This document shows positions 21,601 through 32,500 of a DNA stretch of 64,000 bases, one piece after another. The stretch's first letter is position 1. Each line of letters begins with the position of its first letter. The notes beneath the pieces are model-generated. The model saw only the letters and a program-made list of their open reading frames with translations. It did no database searches and was not told the origin of the DNA. The DNA is from a candidate division FCPU426 bacterium. Lineage in GTDB: Bacteria; Oederibacteriota; JAAXVQ01; JAUVAV01. Made by a program: the position numbers and the translations under genes. The stretch lies in assembly GCA_040756875.1 (NCBI GenBank), contig JBFLYH010000001.1, positions 1,388,299-1,452,298 of the forward strand, read 5' to 3'.

Positions 21601-24600
21601 GCGTGGGAGTAATCGTGGGTGTTTCGGTTTCAGTCGGGGTTGGCGTAGGCGTGGCTGTCAGCTGAACCGGCGGCAGCATGGCCGTCTGGCCGGCCTGCAG
21701 GAACTGCAGGTCCTCGATATAAGTCCGGTACTTGCCCGTTGCGGTCGGCTCATCGAATCCCACCATGACCAGGTCGATGATCTTGCCTTCCAAGGGCGAC
21801 AGATCAGCTTCCACGTAGTACCAGGTATTATAGGGATCCGCGCGTCCGGCCGGATGCATGTCAACACCGTATTGGTCCTTGATCCCGGTGTTGCGCAACT
21901 CCGTCCCATCCGTGCAATGGAAGTCGACGGAGACGTGGTGGTTGCCTGCCTCGCCGTTCTGTAAATGGTAGATCCGGTAGACCATATGCATGCCGGTTTC
22001 GATGGTAATGTTGTGGAAGGGCTGAATCAGGTCGCTGTACAGGCGGTAATAGCAATAAGCCGGCGCGGCCACGGCATTGCCGCCGGCCATGAGGAATTTC
22101 TGGCCGCGGAAAGCAGGCACGCCCGCTTCGCCGCCGGGGCGCGGGCTGCACTCGGGCGGCAGATAGGAATAGAACCCCTCGACATTCTGCGAGGCCAGGA
22201 CCGTGTCCCGGAAGCCGCCGTTTTCGCCGATCTCCCAGTTGCACTGGACCGGCTCCACGCCCGGGTCCGCCCCGGTAAATATTTTCAGGCGGTCGATGAA
22301 CGCCTCGTAATGCAATCCGTTCGCGCCCGTGTCAAAGCCCACGCGGACCTCGTTGATGGTCTTGCCCGCCAGGCCGGACAGGTCCGCCTCGACATAGGTC
22401 CAGGCGTTGGACTCCACGTCGCGGTAGGCGGGATGCATGAGATAACCGCGCTGGTCTGAAATGCCGAGATTGCGCAGGGCTGTGCCGTCGCTGAAGATCA
22501 GGTCGATGCAGACATGGGTGTTGCCCTGTCCCAGGCCGTCTTTCCGGTTGTAAATCCAATACGACAGGCGCGTGTCCGCCACGACCGCAATCGGGCTGAA
22601 GCCCGGGTAGGAGGCATCGAACAATTGATAATAGCAATAGGCCGGAAGGGACTGGTTTTCCACCTGGCCGGCCACATACAGGTAGCGCGGGCCTTCCAGG
22701 CTTGCCACGCCGTTGTAGCCCGCGTCCGTCACCATGCACACGGGCATGGGGTAAGGATCGTATCCAATGAGATTGCTGGCAGCGATCACCTGAGTGGAAT
22801 AGCCTTCCATCTCGCCCAGGTTCCAACTAGTTTTCAAGGGATAGGTTAAATGGGAGGTCGGGAGTTTGGGCGGAATGGGTGTGGTTTCTTTAAGAAGGCG
22901 GAAATAATCGAATACACCGTTATCGCCAGGATTACTTCCATTGATCCAGACCTTGATCGAGAACTGCGAAGGATCAAACCCATTTGCTACTGTATTAATG
23001 TTCACGCGGTACGTTCCTGGCGTGTTAAGTCCGACAAAAGCGGGATAATAAGTGGGCGATACAAACTCTTGCTGGACTCCAATGTCGAAGTACGTTCCTG
23101 GCGTGATGCTGTCCAGCTTGACTTCCAGGGTATTGAATACCATGCCGCCGTGCGCTGTGGTCGTGACATCGCGGAAGATTGGGGAAATCACATTGCCATA
23201 TTGAGGCGAAGTGCTTGACAGGCTAATAATGCCGCCAGAAGAACCGTTGCCGGCAATGGTTGCGTTGGAATCATTTCTCCAGCCTGGCGGCAGCACGCCT
23301 GCCGGGCCGGTGAAATCCTCGTCAAAACCCTCGGGCTCGCCCGGGCCGCCGTGGATGGCAATCTGATTGGCGTAGTCGCCCAGCGAAGCCAGGCCCGACT
23401 GGAACAACTGCCCGACCGTGTACCAGCCCAGGCCGATATACCCGTTGTCCGTGAGCATGCGGAAGGCGTCTTCCATCTCGAAGGTCGTGTTCGAGCCGGC
23501 GTTCTCGCCGTATTTTTCCATGCCATACTGGTCGACCAGCCAGGCGTAATAATGAGGGGCAGACCAGTTGGGGTTCAGCAGACTGAGTTCCCAGGCCGGT
23601 TCGTGCACGGGCTGAGTGCTCCAATCGTCCTCTTTCCAGGCTTCCCCGCGCCAGACCGCCTGAAGCGCGGTGTTGGCGAACAGAACATTTTTACGGTCCG
23701 CCAGACCAGCCAGATAACGGTCCGGAACAAAGCCCCGGTTCACCCAATAGTAATTGCGCGTCAGGCCGGCCAGATCGCTGTTGGCTTCGGCTTCAATATC
23801 TCCGGACCGGGCCATGAAGCCGCCGCCCATGAGCAGCAGGCGGCCGTCGTAATATTTTTTCATGGTGGTGATTTGCCAATTGATGAAATCCGTCAGGTTC
23901 TGGTAGTACCAATCGAGGAATGCCTGGGCGGCGGACGGATTGTACGTGGTGCCGTCGGTAATGGAAATGTCGTCGAAATCAACCGTGGCCAGGGTTGCCG
24001 GGCCCGTGACAAACAGCTCCACATAGGCTTTGGCTGTGTAAGTCACCGAGGCGAAGCTGGGGCTGGTCACTGTGGTCCAGGTAGTGGCCGAACTCGCGAC
24101 ATTGGTCATTTCGGACCAGGTAAACGCCCCGGTCGGCTGGAAGACGCGGATGTTGCCGGTCACACCCGGGGTATTGCTTCGGATGCGTCCGCTCAGAGTG
24201 TACGTGGTGTTGGGTTTAAGGACAATGCTCTGCCGCAAATGATATTCCCGGCCACTCTGATCAGGCGGGGTGGTGTAACTTAAATAATGGCTGCCTTCGG
24301 GCGCGCCGCCGGTTTGCACGTTCGGCTGCCAGCCGCTTTGATAATAGCAGTCCAGCGTATTTTCCCAATTGGCGATGGTGTTGGCATAGTAAGTGTCTTC
24401 GAATCCGCCGTTGACCACACGCTGGCCCTGGATGCCCGTGGCACCGGGCATGAAGGAGGCGGCCAGAGGGTTCGAGGCAATGGCCGCCCGGGCATACGGG
24501 TCCCAGGCCCAATAGCAATTGCGATGGCCGTAATAGTCGTTCGCTTCGGGATAAGCGACTTCGCCCCAGCGCCCCACGGTCAGATAGACAGCCCAAAAAT

Positions 24601-25105
24601 TGTTGCCCAGGTCGGAAAACACCCGCGCCAGGTAACTTTCGAAAGCCGTGCGGTAATTCGGTTCCCAGATGCTGACCAGGGAGTCAGGCGCATTGCCATG
24701 ATTCTCAGGGTCCCAAGGCGAACCGTACTGGTTGACATAATGGGCGTTCGGATGGGCGGTCCAGTACCAATCCGGCACCGGGAAGGGGTTGACGCGCAGG
24801 ACAATGGCAAACCCTTTTTCGCGCAATTTGCGAATCTCGGCCTGTTTCTGGCTGATGTAATTGGCGTCGTATACGCCCTGACTGGGTTCGTACAGCGCCC
24901 AGCGGATGTATACGTTACGCAGTCTGAGCCCTGCCGTATATTCGGCGTCGAGATGGGAGGCATCCGTGGGTTCACCGTGATTAGGCTGGCCGGGATTGGA
25001 AATGGACTCGTCCCAGGCTGTCCCGTAAAAAGCGGCTTGAGCCGGCGAAAGGGACAAGCTGGCAAATAGAATAGAAAGAACAACGAATGTTTTCTTGCCT
25101 GGCAT
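15614..25105 (-). CDS. Giant secreted modular glycoside hydrolase (GH14/GH42-like barrel with CBM insert, repeated modules, LVIVD repeats, FG-GAP integrin-alpha repeats, TP repeats, T9SS-like CTD)
   Basis: Signal peptide; GRWGEVAYP and YGENAG resemble beta-amylase catalytic motifs; NGGFE...DDISI CBM4/9-like insert; [15 protein letters not shown] repeats; [11 protein letters not shown] FG-GAP repeats; CTD ...KKVALIK. Confidence 0.8.
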   Translation of the reverse strand: MPGKKTFVVLSILFASLSLSPAQAAFYGTAWDESISNPGQPNHGEPTDASHLDAEYTAGLRLRNVYIRWALYEPSQGVYDANYISQKQAEIRKLREKGFAIVLRVNPFPVPDWYWTAHPNAHYVNQYGSPWDPENHGNAPDSLVSIWEPNYRTAFESYLARVFSDLGNNFWAVYLTVGRWGEVAYPEANDYYGHRNCYWAWDPYARAAIASNPLAASFMPGATGIQGQRVVNGGFEDTYYANTIANWENTLDCYYQSGWQPNVQTGGAPEGSHYLSYTTPPDQSGREYHLRQSIVLKPNTTYTLSGRIRSNTPGVTGNIRVFQPTGAFTWSEMTNVASSATTWTTVTSPSFASVTYTAKAYVELFVTGPATLATVDFDDISITDGTTYNPSAAQAFLDWYYQNLTDFINWQITTMKKYYDGRLLLMGGGFMARSGDIEAEANSDLAGLTRNYYWVNRGFVPDRYLAGLADRKNVLFANTALQAVWRGEAWKEDDWSTQPVHEPAWELSLLNPNWSAPHYYAWLVDQYGMEKYGENAGSNTTFEMEDAFRMLTDNGYIGLGWYTVGQLFQSGLASLGDYANQIAIHGGPGEPEGFDEDFTGPAGVLPPGWRNDSNATIAGNGSSGGIISLSSTSPQYGNVISPIFRDVTTTAHGGMVFNTLEVKLDSITPGTYFDIGVQQEFVSPTYYPAFVGLNTPGTYRVNINTVANGFDPSQFSIKVWINGSNPGDNGVFDYFRLLKETTPIPPKLPTSHLTYPLKTSWNLGEMEGYSTQVIAASNLIGYDPYPMPVCMVTDAGYNGVASLEGPRYLYVAGQVENQSLPAYCYYQLFDASYPGFSPIAVVADTRLSYWIYNRKDGLGQGNTHVCIDLIFSDGTALRNLGISDQRGYLMHPAYRDVESNAWTYVEADLSGLAGKTINEVRVGFDTGANGLHYEAFIDRLKIFTGADPGVEPVQCNWEIGENGGFRDTVLASQNVEGFYSYLPPECSPRPGGEAGVPAFRGQKFLMAGGNAVAAPAYCYYRLYSDLIQPFHNITIETGMHMVYRIYHLQNGEAGNHHVSVDFHCTDGTELRNTGIKDQYGVDMHPAGRADPYNTWYYVEADLSPLEGKIIDLVMVGFDEPTATGKYRTYIEDLQFLQAGQTAMLPPVQLTATPTPTPTETETPTITPTPTETPTPTITPTPTPLPMTLWQEEFTGGTPGGQPAGWYDATDTIAPSAEIAYAAIDGLAEITITNDGGWGKVVSFSQNVDLSYYTKVEIKVAAVNGAALRVGIFHPDPAYQFWDFLQGQASINSPGTYVFDIPTTTGETGVQLYALQLSAEGGNGGIVTIDSIRIFAPEPTPTPTMTETPTLTPTPTATSTPINTLWLEEFSGGTPGAQPAGWYDASDTISPAAEIAYSATDGLAEVTVANDGGWGKVASFSQDVDLSIFTKLAVTITSLNGATVRVGVFHPGPTPPYQFWDLLSGDSINAPGTYIFDIPSVTGESGVQLYGVQLSVEGPNGASATFDAVRIYATFVPTPTPTPTMTATIGLHEISEYSSENTEKIVVAGQLAFLCGGPLGIEILDVSNPAMPTPVGLMNVAGARNLRVEGNHAYVLGSNPLVVMDISNPSNPTAVSTYYTPGFPYNIAVSGQYAFIAEGESGLQILDCSDLTHPVELGFYNTPGNAMDVAMLGQYALVADGTAVRIIDVSDPRHPVETSFYGSPGYTRDIMVQGAMAYVADLTGGLRIIDLSNPAMPVEVGHYTTSGNVEEVCLAGDYAFLSCDLAGLRMVNIANPAAPFEVASYTATERIVSCAIKDLYAYAAPRDEGGVRILEITGLPGPAPTPTPTPTTTPIQWPTQTPTPLPGIALAQLGALGINSIQDVFIAGQRAYAAAAMDGLRIIDISNPAAPSELGYYQISEGDAAAVAVSGIYAYVACMEFGLRIVDISNPAIPVEVGHYQEMMQAQDIQVAGHYAYLANGSEGLMILDVADPANPILAGQVAVPNQAEGIQVEGTYAYVAAGTAGLRIFDVSNPAVPVQIGLYDTPGGAQKVAVSNGYAFVADYYGGVRIVDVSNPTAPVYVGFYDTPFAALDVAVAWPFAVVADGYSGVRVLNVADPYRPYETGFFDTPGVATDLQLVGNLIYVADSSALRILQGSGLPEVTPTPTETPTETPTETPTSTFTETPTPTPSVVPVWILKGIQQSQTGSYQDRADVNGDGYPDLIVGSPNWNSNTGRVDVFLGSASGLTTVPVWTMAGPQTNACFGTVGSAGDVNQDGFEDVVIGAYGYSQAATNQGAAYLYLGSAEGLSQTPAWTVYGSAANEQLGGVVATAGDVNHDGYADVMVSGYIYDSMRGHVFVYLGSALGLNSTPDWIAQGENINDLFGCSAASAGDVNGDGFDDVVIGARQTGKAYVYLGSAAGLATTPAWMVAGSSGSGYGISVASAGDVNRDGYDDVMVGAYLNAADSRGAAYLYLGSAAGLQTVPAWTAEGNVASEHFGDCVAGIGDINGDLYPDVAVGATGGWTWDNPTGRVYTFLGSAAGLGIEPYWIIAGDQTGSSFGVAVSGTGDINGDSLAEFMVGAPGYYESGNVIGRINLYSSTGVPGTPFYLPEITPTPTPTPTETATETPTETPTETWTETPTETWTETPTDTPTDTPTETPTYTYTETPTDTPTDTPTETPTETWTETPTDTPTDTPTETPTYTYTETPTDTPTDTPTETPTETWTETPTDTPTDTPTETPTYTYTETPTDTPTDTPTETPTETWTETPTDTPTDTPTETPTYTYTETPTDMPTDTPTETPTETWTETPTDTPTDTPTETPTYTYTETPTDTPTDTPTETPTETWTDTATDTPTYTPTLTPTLTETPTETYTYTHTPTETYTSTSETTITPTPTPTPKTPQRVRAWPELSYFMHTTHTQNILATSLYQLTPQPSITLRYRVITGSGTFGGVKEVTRITGPAGEPASAAFTAGNKNWEVNIISVDNQGLGGISYVPIIVVPDWWVSAASVERMDEKITASMNFETQAEAQAVGDQLMQQEAQAAIIYIPPTSTLTSTPTPTPTATKTSTPETIISAATGTPTPVSTSTPFVKAQTVAAYPNPARGQVNFAYTVNGPVKVQIDIFRLTGERVASIVEHKQGTGQTLTTSWKAAGVAPGIYLVRVVVTDGEGKIVLNQTKKVALIK
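16621..17240. repeat. Intragenic tandem repeat, about 5 x 120 bp (two alternating 60-bp subunits) encoding a TP linker
   Basis: Near-identical sequence at 16681, 16801, 16921, 17041 and 17161; encodes [20 protein letters not shown] / ...ETWTE. Confidence 0.9.
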
Positions 25106-25295
25106 ATGCAGGAGACCCCCTCCGGCAGGTTGGTGTGTCGGAAAAAAGACGGAAGATAATGTTTTTCCGGATCAGCGACGGAGGAAACCCAAGGATATAG
25201 TGGGAAACGGGTAAGGAAATATAAGTATATCACAAAATCAGTTAAAATCAATTTTACGCCTGAAAATAAAGTGCTTTTATCTTCCTACTTTACAG

Positions 25296-25324
25296 TTAGA
25301 CTCAGGCAAAACGTTTTTATAACA
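25296..25324 (-). promoter_or_regulatory. Candidate ECF sigma promoter (shared motif)
   Basis: TGTTAT-N17-GTCTAA upstream of 15614..25105. Confidence 0.62.
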
Positions 25325-25334
25325 CCCTAAAAAT

Positions 25335-25368
25335 AAAACCAGGGGCGCATACTGCCTGCGCCCCTGGT
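25335..25368 (-). terminator. Rho-independent terminator
   Basis: ACCAGGGGCGCA/TGCGCCCCTGGT stem plus T tract after stop 25397. Confidence 0.75.
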
Positions 25369-25396
25369 CGGAATTCAGTCCAACGAATCAGGCTTT

Positions 25397-26347
25397 TTAA
25401 AAACGAACCGCCACGGCCACCTGATGGATCAATCCCAGATCACCATAAGAGCCCAGCGCATAGTCCACGTTGAAGATATCCAATTTGAACCCTATTCCCG
25501 CGGTCAGCCCTGCGATCCCGCCCATCTCGCCTGTATCCTTGATCTTGTACCCTACCCGCCCGGCCACCAGCTGGTCATACCAGTATTCAGTGCCCACGTT
25601 GACGGAAGTATAATTGACGTCGCCGAAAGGCAGGTTGACATCAAGCGCCACATTCCAAATGTCCCGGGAAGAGACCAGGGCCGGAAGCACGTAAGCGGCG
25701 CCCGCCTTGGCGTTCATGGGCAAATAAGCATCCGCCACTTTGGTCCCCAGGTTCTGGACCGCCAGTCCGATCTGCAACCCGTCTATGCCGGGCTTTAGCA
25801 AACCGCCCACATCCACAGCCACGGCGGAATACGTTTCAGTGTCGATGTTTTGGGTGAATACTTTCACCGCGCCGCCCACAGCCAGATTTTCCAGCAACCA
25901 CTGGCCGTAGCCGGCCGAGGCTGTCATCACATACGGGGTAAACTGGCCCTGGTCGACCGGCATCCCTGTGGCTTCATCAAAACCCGTTTTATCAATGGCG
26001 CCGTAGTTCAGGTAAGTCACATTGGCGCCAATGCCTGCGCCCGCGAAGAGATTCTGAGCGTACGCCAGGTACTCCTGGGACGTTTCCTCCAGGTAAATAT
26101 TGTGCATGAATCCGGCCTGATAGCCTTGCATTTGGGCCAAGCCCGCCGGGTTCCAGGCCAGGGCATTCAGGTCATCGGCCAAAGCCACGTACGCCTCGCC
26201 CATGGCTACGGGCCTGGCGCCCAGTCCCAACTTCAATTCCGACGCCCCTACCTTGCCGATATCATAATTCGTTTGCGCCGCCCAAACCACGCCTCCTGAA
26301 GAGATAATGACGACGACGGCCAGCCAAGCGATAATCGTTTTTGTCAT
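25397..26347 (-). CDS. PorV/PorQ-family outer-membrane beta-barrel protein
   Basis: Signal peptide, GARPVAMGEAYVALADD.NAL.WNPAGL, YLNYG, D.G, QNLG and a C-terminal Phe. Confidence 0.82.
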   Translation of the reverse strand: MTKTIIAWLAVVVIISSGGVVWAAQTNYDIGKVGASELKLGLGARPVAMGEAYVALADDLNALAWNPAGLAQMQGYQAGFMHNIYLEETSQEYLAYAQNLFAGAGIGANVTYLNYGAIDKTGFDEATGMPVDQGQFTPYVMTASAGYGQWLLENLAVGGAVKVFTQNIDTETYSAVAVDVGGLLKPGIDGLQIGLAVQNLGTKVADAYLPMNAKAGAAYVLPALVSSRDIWNVALDVNLPFGDVNYTSVNVGTEYWYDQLVAGRVGYKIKDTGEMGGIAGLTAGIGFKLDIFNVDYALGSYGDLGLIHQVAVAVRF

Positions 26348-26390
26348 GATTTTTAATCCCTCGATTTATAGTGATTGGATTTCTTAATAA

Positions 26391-26420
26391 TTAGACTGAA
26401 GATGGCTGGTAAATATTACA
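26391..26420 (-). promoter_or_regulatory. Candidate ECF sigma promoter (shared motif)
   Basis: TGTAAT-N18-GTCTAA upstream of the PorV-like gene. Confidence 0.62.
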
Positions 26421-26442
26421 TTCATTTTTTGATTTTTTACCC

Positions 26443-26477
26443 GCAGGGCGCCCGAAGGCATGCTTGGGGCGCCCTGC
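26443..26477 (-). terminator. Stem-loop after the giant hydrolase gene (no clear U tract)
   Basis: GCAGGGCGCCC/GGGCGCCCTGC inverted repeat. Confidence 0.45.
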
Positions 26478-26504
26478 AGGACAAAAGTTCCCGGGAACTG
26501 GCTG

Positions 26505-29500
26505 CTATTTGATGATTGCCACCTTCTTCTTCTGATCCACAACCACCCGGCCAGCCGCATCCGTCACCTGGATCCGGCACAGGTAGATGCCCGGCGCGAT
26601 ACCAGCGGCGTCCCAGATTGTGGTCAGGGTCTGCCCTGCCCCTCCCTGCTTGCGGTCCGTGATCCGCGCCACCCGTTCGCCGGTCAGGCGGTACACATCG
26701 ATGGTCACGCTCGCCTGCCCGGTCACGGTATAGGCGAAGGTGACGTGCCCCCTGGCCGGATTGGGATACGTGACCACTTTATGTTCACCCAGCCACGGCG
26801 TGGGGGTCGGCGTCGGCGTGGGGGTATTGGTGTTTACAACCGGGGTCGGCGTGTCTGCGGCCGCCGTCGGCGTGAAGGTGGGCGTGGTCGTGGGCGTGAA
26901 CGTCGGGCTGTTGGCTACGTACAGCGCCTGCCAACCCCCGGCCGAACTGCCGACGACCTCAGGCAGGCAGATCCGGACCCAATCCACTTCCAGGCCGCTG
27001 CCGGCCAGCCCTTCGGCGACCAGCTGCACCCTGAAGGCGTGCGTCCCGGTCCAGCCGGTGACAGCCGCAAGATCATAGGCGAACCGGCCGGTCTGGCTCT
27101 GGCTCGAGTTGAGATCCCAGTATTGCCACGCTCCGCCCTCCTCCTGAATTCCCACTTTCCAGGTCGTGTCAGGCAGCACCGAAGCCACCGCCAGCTCCAC
27201 GTAGCGATAGACCGAAACATCGCAGGTGATCAGCGGCGACAAGGTCTTGCCCCAGTTGCTCTCCGCCGTGCGGGTGATGGAAGCCAGGGATGCGGTATAG
27301 CTGTACGAAAGCTGGGCGTTAAACTGGCTGTCGTCCGTTTCATCCAGCCAGCCGGCAGGCTGGTCGGGCGCCGTTCCCACAAAGTCTTCGCGCCAGGCCT
27401 CGGCCGGAACCTGCGTCGGCGTCACGGTCAAGGTGGCGCTGGACGTCGGCGTGGCGGTCGGCGTCAGGCTGGACGTGGGGGTGATCGTGGGCGTGATCGT
27501 GGAGGTCACGGATCGCGAAGGCGTAACGGTCACGGTCGGGGTCATCAGGTCGCTGAATATCCTGACCCAGTCCACATAGACCGCCGTGTATTGCCCTTCT
27601 ATGGTCAACTGAACATAAAAGTCATGCGTGCCCGCCCAGCCTGTAATGCCGGGAATGTCAAAAGTGAATATCCCCGTCTGGGACGAACTCGTGTTGCAAT
27701 CCCAATAGTTCCAACTGCCGCCGATTTCCTGGATGCCCAGCTTCCAGGTGGGATTCTGCGAGAGACTGTCGATCTTTATCGAGACTTTCCTATATAAGCT
27801 GACATCGCAGTGCATGGCAGGGGACAATGCTTTCCCCCAGGACGCAATCGAGCCGAGAGAAATATATCCGCTTCCCAGGTCCGCGGCGAAAGCGACATTG
27901 TCGGTGGAATCCTGCCACAGCGCCGAGGGCGGGGTAAATTCGTCCCGCCAGAATTCTTCCGGCATAGGCGTCGGATTGGGCGTGGGGGTTGAAGTCGGAG
28001 GCGTAAACCCGTCGGCCACGAAATGCTTGGCGTAAATGTGCTTGTTCGATCCGTTGGATTCGGCAAAAGCGGCAAACGGCATGGTATAGGCCAGACCCAC
28101 GGTGGAGGTGTCCGCTCCCTGATAGGGATCAAGGTTCAGACTGCCGCTGGCCAAAGCCCACTGGCCTCCGTCCCACTTCTTGACATAAATCTGATTGTCT
28201 TCGCCCCAAGTAACAAACAGATTGACGCCGTCGGAAGCCAGCCGGGGATGGTCGCCCACCTGGCTCTCAGCCAGGTTCAAATAGCTGCCAAGCATATTCC
28301 AGTCCGTGCCGTTCCACTGTTTGACAAACACTTTTCCGCTTTCCAGCCAGGCTGCGGTTGGCAGGCCGTCATGGATGATGATCTCCGGTTGGTCGGCGCT
28401 CTGGCCGGAGTCCACATTCAGCACACCGCCATTCTGCACCCACTGGCTGCCGTTCCAATGCTTGACGTATAATTTGGACGATTCATGCCAAATCACGTAG
28501 GGTGTCTCTCCATCCAGGGCGATGGCGGGATTCGCCACTTCGTCGGTCGAAACAGCATTAAGCGCGCCGCCGAGGGTCACCCAGGTGGCGCCATTCAAAT
28601 AGCAGGCAAAAGTCTGATAATTGGTCCGCGGATACTCCCTGCGCTCGCGGTAGGCGACCCAGGGAACGCCGCTGGCCGACCCCGCGATGCGCGGCTGGCC
28701 GGTCTGATACCACTCATAAGCGCCGATTAATCCGCCCAGGCGCTGCCAATCTCCGTTCATGAAACACTTGACGTAGACGTTCTCATGCCCTGTATCCCCT
28801 TCAGTCCAGGCGGCATAGGGCAAGCCGCTGATCATGGTCAGATTCAAATCAGCCGCCATGTTCCACCCCTGATAGGAGGGAACGCGGGTCACCATGTTCA
28901 GCTTGGTTCCCAGCAGCTCCCACGCGCCGCTTCCGGCATAACGCTTGACGTACAAACTGTTGATTTTCCCGCTCACCGCCGGTTCTTCCCAGCTGACGTA
29001 AGGAATGCCGTTGAGCATGGCCAGCCGCGGGTTGCGGGCGTTTAGAATGATATTGACGTTCAAGCTTCCGCCGTCTGACAGCCATTGACCCGGGATCGTC
29101 ACGGGCGTGGGGGTATAGGTGGGGCTGGCCGTGGGCGTCGGCGTGGCGGTTGCAGTGAGGGTGATGGTTTGCGTGATGGTGATTGTCGGCGTGGGCGTTA
29201 TCGTGGCCGTCTCGGCCTGGGTCGGGGTCACGGTGGCAGTGACCGTAGGCGTCGGGGTGGGCGTGTTCAGCGTCGAAGACGGAATAATCCTTATGTAATC
29301 CAGGGTGGCGCTGTCTCCGGGCCCATAGGCAAGCACATCCACCTTGATGACGAACTCGGACTGGTCCATGTATCCCGTGTAATAACTCCACAGATCCCGG
29401 ATGTTGTATTGTTTGGTGCCAGTGCCGTAGAACCACAATCCGCCATAAGTCGCCTGGCGTTCGCCCGCTTCCCGCAATTGAACGGCCAGCGCGTAAATGT

Positions 29501-32500
29501 GGTTCACGCCCGATACGCTGACCTCCAAGGTATCGTAAACGCTGGTGTCGAGGTTTTTGACGACTGCCGACCAGGTTTCACCCGTGGAATCCGCCGTTAA
29601 AGCGATGGTCGCTTGCGTGCCGCCGTCCCCTGTGAAGGAGCATTCATGCACCGACCAGCCTTCGGGCCGCTGTCCGGCCGGACCGGTGAAGTGGTCGAGA
29701 TATCCAGCCGGGCCCTCGGGATGAATGCGAAGATAATCGAGTTTTCCAACCGTCGCGCCCTGCGGCCCATTGGCCCAGACTTTGACAAAAATGGCCGAGA
29801 GGTCCTGTCCGGCCGCGATGTCGTGGAGGCGCACGCGGTGCGTTCCGGGCGTATTGAGCCCCGCGAAAGCGGTAATATAGGGGCCGTTGATGATCTGGAT
29901 GCCGACGTCAAAATAGCAATTCGCGTTGACTTGCTCGACTTTTATTTCCAATACATCGTTCACAGTGGTGTTCAGTCCCCGGATGTCAGGCGACCAAATG
30001 TCGCCGTACGTCCGGTCCGGATCGAGCGTGATGGCGGCGTAGGTCGCGCCGTCGGACGTCAGGGTGGCGCCGCTGGCGGGCGAATTGCTTTTATCGCGCC
30101 ACCCGGAAGGAATTTGCCCGTTCGTCCCCTTCAGGTGATCCGTATACCCTTCATTCCCCACCACCCGCACGTACTCCAGGGTTGCGGCCCCGCTGCGCGC
30201 CGAATCGTTGGGCCAAAACTTGATTGAAAACCGCGACAGGTCGGCTCCCGGCGCGAGGCTGTTCAAATCCACGTAATAAACCCCAGCCGTCGTGGCCCGC
30301 AACGCCCCAAAATATTGGAAGCTGCCTGTCTCCTGCTGAATACCCACATCCAGATAGTCGCAGGTGAGACTGTCGATTTTGATCTCCAGGACGTGGAAAA
30401 CCTGGGTGTCCAGGTTGGTGATCACGGGAGAGATCACGTCCCCGTAGGTGTCCAGGGGATCCAAGGTGATTACGGCTTGAGAGGCGCCATTGTCTTCGAT
30501 CCGGGCGTTATACTCCCCCCAGGCCATGCGGTCGCGCCAGCCTTCGGGTTTTTCACCCGCCGCGCCTCCGAAGTGCTCCTCATACCCGTCCGGCGTGGGC
30601 GTGACCACCGGAACCGGCGGATGCTGGACAAAACGGACGTAATCCAAAACCGCGTCACTGGCGGCCGGCGTGCCGTTAAGCCACATTTTGACGGTCATGG
30701 CGCTCAAATCGGCCTCGGCCGGCACCCGGTCGAGTTTTGCCCGCCAGATGCCGCCGTCATTCACGCGGGCAATCAACCCGTAGTCCTGGAAGTTGTTGGT
30801 TTGGGTGTTCCGCGCCAGCAGGCCGACATCCACCCAGGCGCCGGACGTCACTCCGTCGACTTTGAATTCCAGGGCATCGTAGGTTGCGCGGTCGTGCTGG
30901 TAAATCATCGGGCCGGCGATGTTGCCGTAACTGCTGCCGCCGAGCAGGCGGATGGTCGCCTGGCTCGAGCCATTGCCCTGGAACGTGGCGTTGTATTCGT
31001 TGGAATTCGAACTGTCGTTCCAGCTGGCCGGAACCTGTCCGGCCGGGCCGGTAAAGTGGTCGTCGAACGCCGGATCGGGATTCGGAGTGATCTTGATGTA
31101 ATCCAATTTAACGGCCGCGTTCCCGGCCGGGCCGTTGATCCACAGCCGGAACGCGAACGCGGACATGTCCAGGTCGCCTTTAATGGCGTTCAGATCCACG
31201 CGGTAGGTGCCCGGATGATCAAGGCGGTGCATGCAGTTGTTCTGCCGGTGGCTGCCACGCTGTTCGTTCAGGGTGACGTCCAGCCAAGTGTTGGGCGTGA
31301 CCTCCTTGATCCGGATCTCCAGTTGATTGTACGCCGTGGGGTCCAGATTGACGAAAATAGGCGTCCGCACCTGGCTGTAGTTATTGACGCCCGGACGCAA
31401 GGAGACGGTCGCCGTGGAGTCTCCGTTGCGGGTGATGGTCGCGTTGGAGATGTTGGGGTCCTGCCAATCCGTGTAGTCTTCCCAGTTGGCCGGCAGGGTG
31501 GCGGCCGGCCCGTCAAACTCTTCGAGATACCCGGCCTGGGCCGGCGCGGGTTCGAACGCCAGGTCATCCACGTAGGCGCGGTACGCTTCTCCGTGCAGGT
31601 TCCAGTCAGGGTCGTCGAATGCCACGTAAATCTCGTGGATTTCCTTCGCGCCGCCGTTCAGGAGCGGAGTAAGATCGACTTCCACCAGGTTCCAGGCGTT
31701 GGCCGGATTATTCGCGACCTGGCGGGCGCTGGGATGAACGCCGATCCCATTCTGGTCCAGCAGCCCGGAGTCCCGCAAATACTGCCGGTTGGACGGCACG
31801 TTGGGATCGGCGCCAGCTGCCGTATACATGAAATCAACGGCCACGCACTTGTTTCCGTCGTCAGCGCGCCCCGGGTCGTCGTAATGGTAGATGTAATAGC
31901 GCAGCTTCATGCCCGGCGTGACGGTGATTTTATGATAAGGAATGAGGACGTCGTTGAACAGCCAGGAATAGCAATAGGGATTTCCGGGGCCGGTCAGATC
32001 CACTTTCCCGGATGCGACCAGGTAATCGCTGCCCGTGCGCGGGAGCACGTTGCGGTTGCCGGTATACGCCCGGGTGCACAGCGGCGCGCCGTATTCCGCC
32101 GGATCATAGCCCGCGACATTGTTGCGCGAATCGTAGACATTGTCATACCCCATGGCCTCCCCGGCCTCCCACCCCGCGGCAATGGGATGGATGCTCCCAC
32201 CCGTGGGCGGTTTGGGCGGCAGGGCGTTGTACTGGGCGATGAGGTCCACGTAGTTCTTGATATTCGTGCCGCGCGCGGGTTCAAACAACTGCCCGATGGT
32301 GTACCACCCCAGCCCGCTGAAATCCAGGGTTTGCAGATTCTGAAACACATCCTGCATTTGGGCGAAGCTGTTGAGGCCGCCGTTTTCACCGTACAATTTG
32401 GCCGTGGGGCCCCAGATGTCCCTCGCCGTCTGGGCATAGTATTTGGGGGCCGACCAGTCGCTCCGCAGGGGGCTGTCGTTCCAGGCCGCGCCGCTGAAGC

